NCBI GenBank assembly: GCA_964526655.1
Contig: CAZGIZ010000001.1
Coordinates: 6,220 to 70,219, forward strand
Reading direction: 5' to 3'
DNA from: an uncultured Desulfobacteraceae bacterium
GTDB lineage: Bacteria > Desulfobacterota > DSM-4660 > Desulfatiglandales > HGW-15
Length of the DNA: 64,000 nt
In this document: in pieces, positions 46,693 to 57,079 of the stretch
How the letters are laid out: every line of letters starts with the position of its first letter
Numbering within the stretch: the stretch's first letter is position 1
Program-made: the position numbers and the translations under genes
The notes under the pieces: model-generated
The model's database searches: none
What the model saw: only the letters and a program-made list of their open reading frames with translations
What the model was told of the DNA's origin: nothing

Positions 46693-48060
46693 TTATCCTT
46701 TCAGGCAGAAGGGTAGCATGCCCTTTTCACCCATCTCTTTTAGTATGGCCCTTAATTCCTTTTCCGTGTTCATTTCAGGATTGTCGGTCACCTTTTCCAT
46801 CAATATCCTGAGAACCCTGCCCACATCAGGCCCTGGAGAGAGCCCTAATATATCCATAACCGCTTTCCCGTCCACGGCAAGGTCGCGAGTGTCTCTGATG
46901 AAGTCCTTTTTCATCAAATCCCCTACCCTCTTCTCAAGCCCTGATATGAGATCGATCCCCTTTCCCCGGGTCCCATGTGCCATAATGTCCGCCTTTCTGA
47001 AGGATAACAGAAGATTCACGTTATCGGGACCGACCCGGCGGATAAAACGTCTTACGGCCCCGTCTCCCCAGGCAGGGTCATAGTCCACCATGTGGTGCCG
47101 GATAAGATTTACGACCCTCTCGGTCACCTCCCTGCTGATCATAAGACGCCCCATGATCTCGCTGGAGAGAAGGGCGCCGGCCTCTGCGTGTCCGAAGAAC
47201 CTGAACTCCCCTTTTATCCTTTTCCGGACCCGGGGCTTTGCAATGTCATGAAACAGGGCGGTCAGTCTCATGACCGGATCCGGCTCCACCATGTCAAGGG
47301 TCTCCATTGCGTGCCTCAAGATGGTATACCTGTGGGGCGGCCGCTGCCTCTTCATGTCTCCTTCGAGCAATTCGGGGATCAGCTCCCTTAAGAGACCGGA
47401 CCTCTTCATGAGCCTGAATCCCATGGAAGGATTCTTGCTCAGGAGGATCTTCATAACCTCATCCCTGATCCTTTCAACTGCCACAAGGCCTAACTGGTCC
47501 GACATATCGCGAAGGGCCACCATAGTCCCTGTATCCATGGAGAAGCCCAATTCATTGGCGATTCTTACGGCCCTGAGCAGACGAACCGGATCTTCCCTGA
47601 AACGCTCATAGGGATCATCCACTGCCCTTACAACCTTCATGTCAAGATCTTTCCCGCCGCCGGCGGGGTCCAGAAGGACTTTCCGGGCAGAGTCGTAGGC
47701 CATGGCGTCTATGGTAAAGTCCCGATGGCCAAGGTCTTCCAGTATGTCTTGCCCGGAATCTCCTGATCCCCTCAAGGTTGTGACCTCATACAGCTTTCCT
47801 GAATCAACAAGGGTGACCGTCTGGTGGTTCAGGGAAAAATTCCTGACGTCATGAAAAAGGGACCTGATCTCTCCGGCCGGCGCGGATGTCGCGATGTCCC
47901 AGTCCGTGACAGGACGATCCAGGAGCGCATCCCGAACAGCGCCTCCAACCACGTAGGCCTGAAACCCGGCGTTTTGCAGCCTGTCAATAAGGGACGACAC
48001 GAATCCGGGTATCTCCACAGGGAATGAGCGGACTGAAATCCCTTTTTCCCGGTCAGTCAT
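46693..48060 (-). CDS. cca: CCA-adding enzyme / poly(A) polymerase-family tRNA nucleotidyltransferase with HD domain
   Basis: 455-aa. Head domain VVGGAVRDALLDRPVTDWDIAT, RDFTIDAMA, and an HD-domain FHDIAKP. Confidence 0.8.
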   Translation of the reverse strand: MTDREKGISVRSFPVEIPGFVSSLIDRLQNAGFQAYVVGGAVRDALLDRPVTDWDIATSAPAGEIRSLFHDVRNFSLNHQTVTLVDSGKLYEVTTLRGSGDSGQDILEDLGHRDFTIDAMAYDSARKVLLDPAGGGKDLDMKVVRAVDDPYERFREDPVRLLRAVRIANELGFSMDTGTMVALRDMSDQLGLVAVERIRDEVMKILLSKNPSMGFRLMKRSGLLRELIPELLEGDMKRQRPPHRYTILRHAMETLDMVEPDPVMRLTALFHDIAKPRVRKRIKGEFRFFGHAEAGALLSSEIMGRLMISREVTERVVNLIRHHMVDYDPAWGDGAVRRFIRRVGPDNVNLLLSFRKADIMAHGTRGKGIDLISGLEKRVGDLMKKDFIRDTRDLAVDGKAVMDILGLSPGPDVGRVLRILMEKVTDNPEMNTEKELRAILKEMGEKGMLPFCLKG

Positions 48061-49159
48061 TTTCTTTCTTTTCCCTTGTCACGCAGTAAAGTCCCTTTCC
48101 CGATATGGCCCCTTTCAGGCAGAGGCCGTCTGAGTTGCATTCCGCCCTTCGCCTGTCACCGGATTCCCAGCGGGCAATGAGACCTGGCTCACAGATAAAG
48201 GGCCTGCTCATGGAGATATAGTCCGCATATCCCTCCCTGATAAGCCTTTCCGCAATTGAAAAGGAGCGTATGCCCCCCACCAGGATCAATGGAACCTGGA
48301 TATGTTCCTTGAATGCCTTGGCCTCTTCCCTGAAATAGGCCTCATCCTTTTCGGAATTGATTCCGCTCCTTATGGGACCCAGCCTTCCCGATGCGAGACT
48401 TCCGCCGCTCAATTCAATGGCGTCAACCCCCTGTGCCTGGAGCATCCCGCCCACCTCAAGGGAATCCCCCAATTCCAGGCCTCCATCCTGAAAATCGCGG
48501 CAGTTGAGCTTCACAAGGACCGGGAAATCCTGCCCGAGATAGGCCTTGACGCGATCGATTATTTCAAGCAGGAGCCTCGCCCTGTTCTCAACAGGACCCC
48601 CGTACCGGTCTGATCGCCTGTTAAAGGCAGGGGACAGGAACTGGTTAAGGAGGTAGCCGTGGGCCGAATGAATCTGGACCCCGTCGAAACCGGCTTCCCT
48701 GGCCCGCAGAGCGGCACGGCCGAAGGACTCTATCACCTCCCGGATATCTTTTTCTTCCATGGACCTGCAGGGATGGACGGTAAAGCCTTCCACCCGTGAA
48801 GGGACAAGAGGAACCTGATTGGTCAGGCGGGTGCTGGCGAAATACCCACCATGCGCCAACTGGGCGACGATCCTGCAACCTCTATTGTGCACATTCCTCG
48901 TCATTTGGAGGAGCCCCTCAATCAGGGAATCATTGTCAATTCCAAGCTGGCCGGGGCCTGCCTGCCCGTCTTTCCTGACATAGGCGTGGCTGCTTATTAT
49001 GAGCCCCACTCCCCCCTCTGCGACCCCTGCAACCAGATTTATTAACTCCATGGTGCAGGACCCGTCCTCCGCGGCCATACCCTCGTATGTGGCTGAACGT
49101 ATGAAACGATTTCGTATGATCAGATTGTTGATCCTGGACGGCTCGAACATCCCTTGCAT
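48053..49159 (-). CDS. NADH:flavin oxidoreductase (Old Yellow Enzyme family)
   Basis: 368-aa. Motifs HSAHGYLLNQFLSP..N.R.D.YGG and the TIM-barrel FMN layout. 8-nt overlap with cca. Confidence 0.8.
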   Translation of the reverse strand: MQGMFEPSRINNLIIRNRFIRSATYEGMAAEDGSCTMELINLVAGVAEGGVGLIISSHAYVRKDGQAGPGQLGIDNDSLIEGLLQMTRNVHNRGCRIVAQLAHGGYFASTRLTNQVPLVPSRVEGFTVHPCRSMEEKDIREVIESFGRAALRAREAGFDGVQIHSAHGYLLNQFLSPAFNRRSDRYGGPVENRARLLLEIIDRVKAYLGQDFPVLVKLNCRDFQDGGLELGDSLEVGGMLQAQGVDAIELSGGSLASGRLGPIRSGINSEKDEAYFREEAKAFKEHIQVPLILVGGIRSFSIAERLIREGYADYISMSRPFICEPGLIARWESGDRRRAECNSDGLCLKGAISGKGLYCVTREKKEND

Positions 49160-49287
49160 TCAAACCTCCCTCTTAGGAACTTAGGGGCTTCGCCCCAATT
49201 GGAATGTTGGAATACTGGAGTTCTGGAATAATGCCTGAATAAAAATCTCCTAACATCGAGGAGTTGCAAAATTTCCGAGATGTTAAA

Positions 49288-49551
49288 TCAGTCTTGGATG
49301 ACCGACTCCCAGGACCCCATGGCCCCATAATCCGTGGAGCGGATGATTGTCCCGTTTCCAGCGGCATACACGTACTTGCCGTCACCGCTGCACGTTATGC
49401 TGACCCCGTTTCCCCTGAACATAAACTTCTGAGCTGTCTCGGCGGCCGCCTCCGGCTCGATGAACGAAGATATCTGTCCCCTGAAGAGATTCATCAGGAG
49501 AAGCGCCGCAATAACGACCAACATCACCCTGAGAAAGCTTCTTTTTGCCAT
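49288..49551 (-). CDS. small exported hypothetical protein
   Basis: 87-aa with a signal/anchor MAKRSFLRVMLVVIAALLLMNL. No family recognised. Confidence 0.4.
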   Translation of the reverse strand: MAKRSFLRVMLVVIAALLLMNLFRGQISSFIEPEAAAETAQKFMFRGNGVSITCSGDGKYVYAAGNGTIIRSTDYGAMGSWESVIQD

Positions 49552-49678
49552 AATTTAGTCCTCCATTCCCTTAGATCTTTCCTTGATTTATGTTGCCGGT
49601 TAAAAATGTTATCATTATCTCGCTATAATTGCCAGTAATGTTGCTCCTGAATTGTTGATGGATACAATCAAAATTACT

Positions 49679-49707
49679 TTGACTAAACAAGGGCACTTAT
49701 CTATATT
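49679..49707 (+). promoter_or_regulatory. candidate sigma-70 promoter
   Basis: TTGACT, 17 nt, TATATT, about 50 nt upstream of ATG 49759. Confidence 0.4.
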
Positions 49708-49758
49708 AACCTTCATTACTCCCGAGCCAGTTGTTAGCGGATAGGAGCACTTAAAAGC

Positions 49759-50838
49759 ATGTTAAAAGGTTCAACCCCCAAACTCTTCCTTTTCATCCTA
49801 ATAGGCTTTATCTTCCTCCTCTTCTGGCTCTTCTGGGCATACTTCTCCTCAATCATTTTAGCTCTCTTCATCGCGAGCGCCTTCTATCCCCTCTATTCCC
49901 GTGTGCAAAGGCTCTTTAAGGGCAGGGATCATGCCGCGTCCCTGACCATGACGCTATTGATACTCCTGATCCTGATCATACCCGTGGGCGGCTTTATAGG
50001 GACCCTTTCCAATGAGGCCCTGGACTTTTATATCAGGACAAGGGGCTCGGTATCACTGACAAAGATCAAGGAGGGCATCCAGGGCGACTCCATTTGGGCC
50101 AAAAGGATCAGGAAGGCCGGGGACTTGGTAAATATCCAATTGACCCCTGAAGGGATTGAGGAGCTCGCGGCATCGATAGGAAAGAATGTCGGGCTTTTTC
50201 TCTCAAGGCAATTGAGTTCCATAGCCTCCAACCTCCTGAGCTTCCTTGTACACTTTTTTCTGATGATGCTGATCATCTATTATATCTTTTTACACGGGAA
50301 ATCTCTCAAGGAATATATCTCTGAAGTCCTTCCCTTCCCTTCTAAGCAACAGGAACTCATAGTGGACAAATTTCGGGAGATGGGAAGGGCCGTCATAGCG
50401 GGCAACGCGCTTTCAGGCCTTATACAGGGCGTAATCGGCGGCTTCGGATTTTTTATTTTCGGACTGGGGTCCCCATTCCTGTGGGGCACCGTCATCGGGT
50501 TTATGGCCTTTCTCCCGATTATAGGCGCGTTTGCGGTCTTTATCCCCGCGACCGCGATCCTCTTCATCCAGGGAAAGATCGGGATGGGCGTTGGTTATCT
50601 GGCATATAACCTGTGTTACAGTTCCCTGGTGGAGTATCTTATCAAACCCAGGCTCATCGGCAAAGGCATGCACATGAGCCCGATTCTTATCTTTATAGGC
50701 ATCCTGGGCGGCATGAAGCTGTTCGGGATACTGGGGATCATATACGGCCCCCTGATTATGACCATCTTTTTTACTCTATTGGAGATTTACAGGCTGGAAT
50801 ACAGGGAGACCGGTCGAATACCGGTTGACCAGGGGTGA
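49759..50838 (+). CDS. AI-2E family transporter (PerM/UPF0118)
   Basis: 359-aa polytopic membrane protein with the typical AI-2E layout (..AGNALSGLIQGVIGG.., ..FLPIIGA..). Confidence 0.8.
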   Translation: MLKGSTPKLFLFILIGFIFLLFWLFWAYFSSIILALFIASAFYPLYSRVQRLFKGRDHAASLTMTLLILLILIIPVGGFIGTLSNEALDFYIRTRGSVSLTKIKEGIQGDSIWAKRIRKAGDLVNIQLTPEGIEELAASIGKNVGLFLSRQLSSIASNLLSFLVHFFLMMLIIYYIFLHGKSLKEYISEVLPFPSKQQELIVDKFREMGRAVIAGNALSGLIQGVIGGFGFFIFGLGSPFLWGTVIGFMAFLPIIGAFAVFIPATAILFIQGKIGMGVGYLAYNLCYSSLVEYLIKPRLIGKGMHMSPILIFIGILGGMKLFGILGIIYGPLIMTIFFTLLEIYRLEYRETGRIPVDQG

Positions 50839-50858
50839 CTGACACAGAAAGGAGAGAT

Positions 50859-51887
50859 ATGATGACTGGAAGAGTGGGCACTACCATTACCCAGCATATT
50901 CTGAATCAACAGCGCGAAAACCCGGAGGCGACAGGGGCCTTCACCATCCTTTTATATGAGCTGATCGTGGCCGCCAAGGTCATATCAAAGGAGGTCAACA
51001 AGGCTGGGTTGGCTGATATTCTGGGGGCAACCGGGGAGGTCAATATCCAGGATGAACAGGTACAGAAGCTGGACGAATACGCCAACAAGATTATTATCGA
51101 GAGGATGCAGCACATAGGACAGCTTTGCTGCATGGGTTCCGAGGAGATCGCCGACCTGATCGATATCCCCTCCAAATACCCCAAGGGCAATTATATACTT
51201 CTCTTTGATCCCCTGGACGGTTCCTCAAATATCGACGTGAACGTAAGTATAGGGACTATATTCGGGATATACAGGAAACAGAGCGAAGAGACGGATATCA
51301 ATTTTCTGCTCAACGAGGTCCTTCAGCCCGGAAAAAACCTGGTGGCCGCGGGCTATTTTATTTACGGGTCCAGCACCATTATGGTCTATACCACGGGAAA
51401 CGGGGTACACGGTTTTACCCTGTATCCGAGTGTCGGCGAATTTCTGCTCTCCCACGAGAACATACGCATCCCGGAGAAGGGAAAGATATACAGCGTAAAC
51501 GAGAGCAACTATCAATACTGGGATGAAAAGACCAGGGCCCTGATTGACTACTTCAAGACCAGGAGCAAGGAGACCGGAGGTCCATACACGGCCAGGTATG
51601 TGGGAAGCCTTGTTGCGGATTTTCACAGGAACCTGCTCAAGGGCGGGATATTCATGTATCCCGCAGACCTGAAGGACCCCAAAAAGCCGACGGGAAAACT
51701 CAGGCTGATGCTGGAGGCAAACCCCCTCTCAATGGTCGTAGAGCAGGCGGGGGGATATGCCAGCAATGGTTACGGCCCGATCCTCGAGGTTCAGCCCGAT
51801 GAATTGCACCAGAGGGTCCCTTTATATATCGGCAGCAGAAAAGATGTGGAACTGGCCGAGGAGTTCATAAAAGGGGAAAGGACTTGA
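50859..51887 (+). CDS. fbp: fructose-1,6-bisphosphatase class 1
   Basis: The ORF is open from GTG 50835. ATG 50859 follows AAGGAGAG. Motifs LFDPLDGSSNIDVNVSIGTIFGIY, RYVGSLVADFHRNLLKGGIF.YPAD and LRLMLEANP. Confidence 0.9.
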   Translation: MMTGRVGTTITQHILNQQRENPEATGAFTILLYELIVAAKVISKEVNKAGLADILGATGEVNIQDEQVQKLDEYANKIIIERMQHIGQLCCMGSEEIADLIDIPSKYPKGNYILLFDPLDGSSNIDVNVSIGTIFGIYRKQSEETDINFLLNEVLQPGKNLVAAGYFIYGSSTIMVYTTGNGVHGFTLYPSVGEFLLSHENIRIPEKGKIYSVNESNYQYWDEKTRALIDYFKTRSKETGGPYTARYVGSLVADFHRNLLKGGIFMYPADLKDPKKPTGKLRLMLEANPLSMVVEQAGGYASNGYGPILEVQPDELHQRVPLYIGSRKDVELAEEFIKGERT

Positions 51888-51919
51888 GTCCAAACCGGAA
51901 ACAGGTCCCATTGACCCTG

Positions 51920-52558
51920 TCAGGCCTTCACTGAATGGAATTTCACGCCCGGAATTTCAAGACATGTCAATCTGTTGCCGTATACGGCGCCCGTATCCAG
52001 CCCTATCTTATTATCCATCACAAGGGGAACGGAAAAGGGGGTGTGCCCGAAGATGACCCTTTTGCCGAAATCGTAATCTGAATGGATAAAGGGCTCCCTG
52101 ATCCACAGGAGATCATGGGTTGACTGTTCGCGGATATCGACCCAGGGCCGGAACCCGGCGTGGACCAGGAGATAATCATCAAGCTCGATAATGAGCTTAA
52201 GGGATCTTAAAAAATCCAGATGTTCCTGGGATATGTCGGCTCCGTCATAGATCCCGTAACTCTTGAGGGTTGTCCCTCCCCCGTTGAAGAGGTAGAGACT
52301 CAGGTCTCCGCCCTCGAGATAGTTCAGGAAGAGATCCTCATGGTTTCCCATAAGGCACTGGACATGGGGAGACATGGACGACAGCCTGATCAAGAAATCT
52401 ATCACCCCCTTGGGATCCCTTCCCCGGTCAATGTAATCCCCTATAAAGATGAGGCCGTCCCTTTCGGGGTCCCAATCGATCTTGTCCATAAGCCTCTGTA
52501 ACGCCCCGAGGCAGCCGTGGATGTCTCCTATTATAAAAATCCTTTCGCTCTCAGTCAT
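51920..52558 (-). CDS. metallophosphoesterase (PPP-family Ser/Thr phosphatase / ApaH-like)
   Basis: 212-aa. Motifs GDIHG, GDYIDRG, GNHE and GHT. Confidence 0.75.
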   Translation of the reverse strand: MTESERIFIIGDIHGCLGALQRLMDKIDWDPERDGLIFIGDYIDRGRDPKGVIDFLIRLSSMSPHVQCLMGNHEDLFLNYLEGGDLSLYLFNGGGTTLKSYGIYDGADISQEHLDFLRSLKLIIELDDYLLVHAGFRPWVDIREQSTHDLLWIREPFIHSDYDFGKRVIFGHTPFSVPLVMDNKIGLDTGAVYGNRLTCLEIPGVKFHSVKA

Positions 52559-53487
52559 AATCCAAGAATCAATCGGACACGGTCCCTTGGATCGAGTCTC
52601 GAGAGTCCGGCCTCCCTGGCCGCGTCCATGGCCTCCCTGAATTCCCTTGCATCGAGACGGCGGTTTATATATTCGTCCCCCTGAGCCATGCCGCAGGGCC
52701 TGTACTGATCCATCACATTCACGTAACTGTTTAATGATATCTCTTCCGCTATAAATCCCATTATATCCGATGTCCCTGCGATATTATTGGGCATTACCAG
52801 GTGTCTTATCAGGAGCCCTCTTTCGGCGAGGCCCTGTTCATTGATCATCAGATCCCCTGTCTGTCTGTGCATCTCCCTTATGGCGGCCGTGGCCCTTTTC
52901 CTGTAATCCGGGGCGCAGCAGTATCTATCCGCCCATTTCTCCTCCCAGAACTTGAAATCCGGCATGTAGATGTCGAAGACGCCCTCCAGCATCCTCAGCG
53001 TCTCCACCTTTTCGTATCCGCCGCCGTTGTAGACAAGTGGGATCTTAAGTCCACCGTCTATGGCGATAATCAGTGATTCGAGCACCTGGGGTATGACATG
53101 GGTGGGTGTGACAAAATTGATGTTGTGACAGCCCCTTTCCGCTAACTGGAGCATCATCCCGGCGATTTCTTCGGGCCCGGTTTCAACCCCTTCCCCCAGA
53201 TGGCTTATTTCATAGTTCTGACAAAAATTGCAGAGGAGATTACACGAGCTGAAGAAGATCGTTCCGGAGCCGTATCTTCCCACAAGGGGCGACTCCTCGC
53301 CAAAATGGGCGTTATAGCTGGCGACCTTTGCCCTCCTGCCCGTCCTGCAATACCCGGTCTCGCCCTCCAGGCGATTGACTCCGCATTCCCTGGGGCACAG
53401 GCAACAGGATTCAAGGCCTTCCAGGGCCTTTTCCGCCCTTGCCGCAAGGGTCCCCATTCTATGTAACTCCAGGTAGGAAGGCTTCAT
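52555..53487 (-). CDS. radical SAM protein (PflX-like activase family)
   Basis: 310-aa. CNLLCNFCQN is the CxxxCxxC cluster motif. 4-nt overlap with the downstream phosphoesterase gene. Confidence 0.8.
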   Translation of the reverse strand: MKPSYLELHRMGTLAARAEKALEGLESCCLCPRECGVNRLEGETGYCRTGRRAKVASYNAHFGEESPLVGRYGSGTIFFSSCNLLCNFCQNYEISHLGEGVETGPEEIAGMMLQLAERGCHNINFVTPTHVIPQVLESLIIAIDGGLKIPLVYNGGGYEKVETLRMLEGVFDIYMPDFKFWEEKWADRYCCAPDYRKRATAAIREMHRQTGDLMINEQGLAERGLLIRHLVMPNNIAGTSDIMGFIAEEISLNSYVNVMDQYRPCGMAQGDEYINRRLDAREFREAMDAAREAGLSRLDPRDRVRLILGL

Positions 53488-53586
53488 AATTTTTTATCCC
53501 TGGAAACAAAATCCCCCTTTCAGGCCTCGGAAATCCTGTCAGGGGGACGTTTTTCGAATATACAGGACCGGTCCCTGGGATGGAAT

Positions 53587-54294
53587 CTAATCCCTGCCCT
53601 GCCCGAAAATCCTGAGGAGCATGAGGAAAAGGTTGATAAAATCGAGATAGAGGGAGAGTGCGCCCAGTATGGCCCCTTTTCTGATCACGGCGCCGTCCAG
53701 GCCGTCCGGTTGGGTGAGGGCCATATTTTTCAGCCTCTGGGTGTCGTATGCCGTCAGACCCACAAACACGAGAACCCCGATATAGCTCACGATCACGCTC
53801 ACGGCGCTGCTTCGAATGAACATATTGACAAGGGATGCGATGATAATTCCTATCAGCCCCATAAAGAGAAAGCTGCCCCAGGAAGTAAGGTCCTTCTTTG
53901 TCCTCCAGCCATAGACGCTGAATGCCAGGAAGGTGGCGGCGCAGATGAAAAATGTGCTCACTATGGAGGCGCGGGTGTACACCAGAAATATGAATGAGAG
54001 GGTCACGCCGTTAAGCGCCGAATAAACGACGAAGAGGGCCGTGGCCGTTCCGGCGCTCATCCTGTTCACCATACCGCTTATGGAAAACACGAGGGCCAGT
54101 TCCACTATTATCAGACCGAAAAAGATCATCCGGTTTGCAAAAACAAGGCGTAAAATAGCCTCATTGCCGGACACAAAGAGGGCCATAAGTCCTGTGAGTC
54201 CCAGGCCTATAGCCATCCAGTTGTACACGCTCCTTATGAATTCATTGACACGGACTTCCGCCCTCTGTCCTGTATAATAAACCGGTTGTTGCAT
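53587..54294 (-). CDS. Bax inhibitor-1/YccA family membrane protein
   Basis: 235-aa, seven hydrophobic segments, typical N-terminal ..FIRSVYNWMAIGLGLTG.. and C-terminal YLDFINLFL..L. Confidence 0.85.
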   Translation of the reverse strand: MQQPVYYTGQRAEVRVNEFIRSVYNWMAIGLGLTGLMALFVSGNEAILRLVFANRMIFFGLIIVELALVFSISGMVNRMSAGTATALFVVYSALNGVTLSFIFLVYTRASIVSTFFICAATFLAFSVYGWRTKKDLTSWGSFLFMGLIGIIIASLVNMFIRSSAVSVIVSYIGVLVFVGLTAYDTQRLKNMALTQPDGLDGAVIRKGAILGALSLYLDFINLFLMLLRIFGQGRD

Positions 54295-54392
54295 CTAATC
54301 ATCCTCCTGTTTGAAGACATGAAGTTCTATTGTTAACATAATTATACATTATAATCCCAAGAAACATAATTGCAAGTAGATCCTCAACCTGC

Positions 54393-55661
54393 CTATGAAT
54401 CCCGGACCTGACCGGACCACTTTTCAAGATTCCTGATCCTCTCAAGGAGCGGGGGATGGGAATAATGGAACTTGATATACAAGGGATGGGGCCGGAGGTT
54501 GGACATGTTATCCCTGGCCATCTTTTTCATGGCGCTTATCAGGGAGCCGCCCCTTTCCATGGTCCTGCAGACATACTGATCCGCCTCCCCTTCGAACCTC
54601 CTTGAGACCCACATGGCGAGAGGCGACAGAAAAAATCCCACCGGTTCCCAGATTATGGCGATCAGGAACAGCCCCACATATTCCGGAGCATGATGTGAAA
54701 ACCCGAAACCCTCGTACATGAGATCCCATGTCATCATCCTTGAAGCGATAAAAAAGAGGGCCAGGGAGGCAATACCCATAAGAAAAAGCTGCTTCCTTAT
54801 ATGACCTTCCTTCAGATGACCTATCTCATGGGCCAGGACTGCCATTATCTCGTCGTTTCTGTGGGCCTCCAGCAGGGTGTCGTACAGGACGATCCTCTTT
54901 GTCTTTCCCAGCCCCGCAAAGTAGGCGTTGGTATGCCCGCTTCTCCGGCCCGCGTCCATCTGAAAAACCCCCTTGACCGAAAGGCCCTCCCTCTTTGCAA
55001 GATCCCTTATCTCCTTATCCAATTCACCGTCTGCCACGGGGGTAAACTTGTTAAAAATCGGTGCTATTACGGTTGGATAAATAATTGATAATATTATCTG
55101 AAATGCGAAAAAAGCAACCCAGGCCCAGAGCCACCACGTCCTTCCCAGGTGTTTGACAGTTAACATGAGGAGGGTCAGGAGGAGCCCACCCAGGATGACC
55201 GATATTATGAGGGATTTAAGGAGATCGGAAACCCAGGTCGTGATTGTCCTTTTGTTAAACCCGTACCTCTCTTCTATCCGGAAGATCTGGTAATAGTCAA
55301 AGGGGAGATCGACCAGGGCGCCGGCAACACCGGGAATGGCGAAGAAGATCAGTCCGGCCGGTATATAATAAAAATTCCCGACTAACCCTGAAAGCCACGG
55401 CAGAAGGCCGGAGAGAATTATAAAGAGCAAAAGTAGTTTGCCTGCTATTGTCCTCACAACACCGAACCTGGTGTTGTCAATGTTGTAGTTATTGATTTCC
55501 TTCAGTTTTTCCCCGTCTATCCATTCCTTGAATTCATCGGGCACCACATTCCCGTACCTTTTGAAATGACCCTCATTAATGAGATCTATCAGGATCTCCA
55601 TGATGGAGCTTATCAGGAAGACGGCAAGATAGGCATATAAAAAATTGTTGATAGTTATCAT
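54393..55661 (-). CDS. M48 family (Ste24/HtpX-like) zinc metallopeptidase
   Basis: 422-aa multi-TM protein with an HEIGH zinc motif and Ste24-like architecture. Confidence 0.8.
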   Translation of the reverse strand: MITINNFLYAYLAVFLISSIMEILIDLINEGHFKRYGNVVPDEFKEWIDGEKLKEINNYNIDNTRFGVVRTIAGKLLLLFIILSGLLPWLSGLVGNFYYIPAGLIFFAIPGVAGALVDLPFDYYQIFRIEERYGFNKRTITTWVSDLLKSLIISVILGGLLLTLLMLTVKHLGRTWWLWAWVAFFAFQIILSIIYPTVIAPIFNKFTPVADGELDKEIRDLAKREGLSVKGVFQMDAGRRSGHTNAYFAGLGKTKRIVLYDTLLEAHRNDEIMAVLAHEIGHLKEGHIRKQLFLMGIASLALFFIASRMMTWDLMYEGFGFSHHAPEYVGLFLIAIIWEPVGFFLSPLAMWVSRRFEGEADQYVCRTMERGGSLISAMKKMARDNMSNLRPHPLYIKFHYSHPPLLERIRNLEKWSGQVRDS

Positions 55662-55854
55662 GATTTCATCATATTATGACATGGTTTTTAAAATAATCTC
55701 GTCGCTGATTTTTGATTCAAGCCTTAAATCAGGTCAGGATTTAATTAGATGATTTTCTGGAGTAATGGGGCGTTGGAGTACTGTTTTGTTATTTTTTTTC
55801 ATCACTTCATCATTCCAGTACTCCAGGTCTTCAATATGCCGTTTTTGTACTCCT

Positions 55855-57069
55855 ATGAAAAATGATAAACTATATATAGTCATGGTCGGCCTCCCCGCAA
55901 GGGGAAAATCGACTCTGGCGACAAAAATAAGGGATGATCTGATAAATGATTCCGTAAAGACCAGGATCTTCAACAACGGGGACCTCAGGCGGAAGCTGAT
56001 TCCTAACAATACCTCATTTGCCGAGTTCTATGACCCTGGCAACAATAAAGGCATGGCAACCAGGGAGAGAATTGCCCAGATCAACATAGAAAAGGCGAAG
56101 GCCTATCTCGGGAGAGGAGGCAATGTCGCTGTCCTGGACGCAACCAATGTGAGCCTGGCAAGGAGAAAGAAAGTCCTGGATCATCTGAACGACCACACTA
56201 TTCTGTTCATCGAATGCATCAATAATAACGAAGAGATCCTGGAGGCGAGCATACTCAGGAAGATCGAGACCACTGAATTCGCCCACTTGACCAGGGAAGA
56301 AGCCATCAGGAGTTTCAGGAAAAGGATCTCCTATTACATGCCCATCTACGCTTCCCTTAAAAATGAAAGAAACTATGTCAAGCTCGATTCCCTGAATAAA
56401 AAAGTCCTCAAAGAAGAGATAAAGGATAACATCCCCTATTATGACCAGGTGAGGGACTTTCTGGTCACGGATACCATAAAGGACCTCTACCTCATACGTC
56501 ACGGAGAGACCTTTTTCAACCTTGAGGACAGGATCGGAGGCGATTCCGTGCTGACCGAAAATGGCCTGTTGCAGGCCCGGGCCCTTGCCGAATATTTCAG
56601 CAATAAGGAGATACCTCTAATCTTTACCAGCCAGAAAAAAAGGACCATTCAGACCGCGGAGCCCATAAAGGAACTGCAGAATAAATGCTCCATCATACCC
56701 CTGAAGGAATTCGACGAGATCGACAGCGGGGTGTGCGAATGCATGAGTTACGAAGAGATCAGGAGGGAGATGCCCCAGGTCTACACTGCACGGAAAAAGG
56801 ATAAATACAATTATATCTATCCCGAGGGGGAGGGCTACGCCAGCATGAAGGAGAGGATCGATCTGGGCATCAACAAGGTCCTCTATCTAAGCAATACCTC
56901 TAAAAAAATCATGATTATTGGGCACAGGGCCGCTAATCGTATGATCCTGTCACATTTCCTCTTCAGGAGAGAGGAAGATGTCCCCTATATCTATATTCCC
57001 CAGGATAAGTTTTACTATATCTCCGTAACCCAGAACAGAAAGCTGTTCCAGTTGAAAAAATACCAGTAA
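55855..57069 (+). CDS. 6-phosphofructo-2-kinase / fructose-2,6-bisphosphatase-like bifunctional protein
   Basis: The ORF is open from 55765 and ATG 55855 is preferred. IVMVGLPARGKSTLATKI matches the PFKFB kinase P-loop IVMVGLPARGKT. LYLIRHGETFFNLEDRIGGDSVLTENG matches the RHGE histidine-phosphatase motif of FBPase-2. Confidence 0.75.
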   Translation: MKNDKLYIVMVGLPARGKSTLATKIRDDLINDSVKTRIFNNGDLRRKLIPNNTSFAEFYDPGNNKGMATRERIAQINIEKAKAYLGRGGNVAVLDATNVSLARRKKVLDHLNDHTILFIECINNNEEILEASILRKIETTEFAHLTREEAIRSFRKRISYYMPIYASLKNERNYVKLDSLNKKVLKEEIKDNIPYYDQVRDFLVTDTIKDLYLIRHGETFFNLEDRIGGDSVLTENGLLQARALAEYFSNKEIPLIFTSQKKRTIQTAEPIKELQNKCSIIPLKEFDEIDSGVCECMSYEEIRREMPQVYTARKKDKYNYIYPEGEGYASMKERIDLGINKVLYLSNTSKKIMIIGHRAANRMILSHFLFRREEDVPYIYIPQDKFYYISVTQNRKLFQLKKYQ

Positions 57070-57079
57070 TTCAAGCCTT

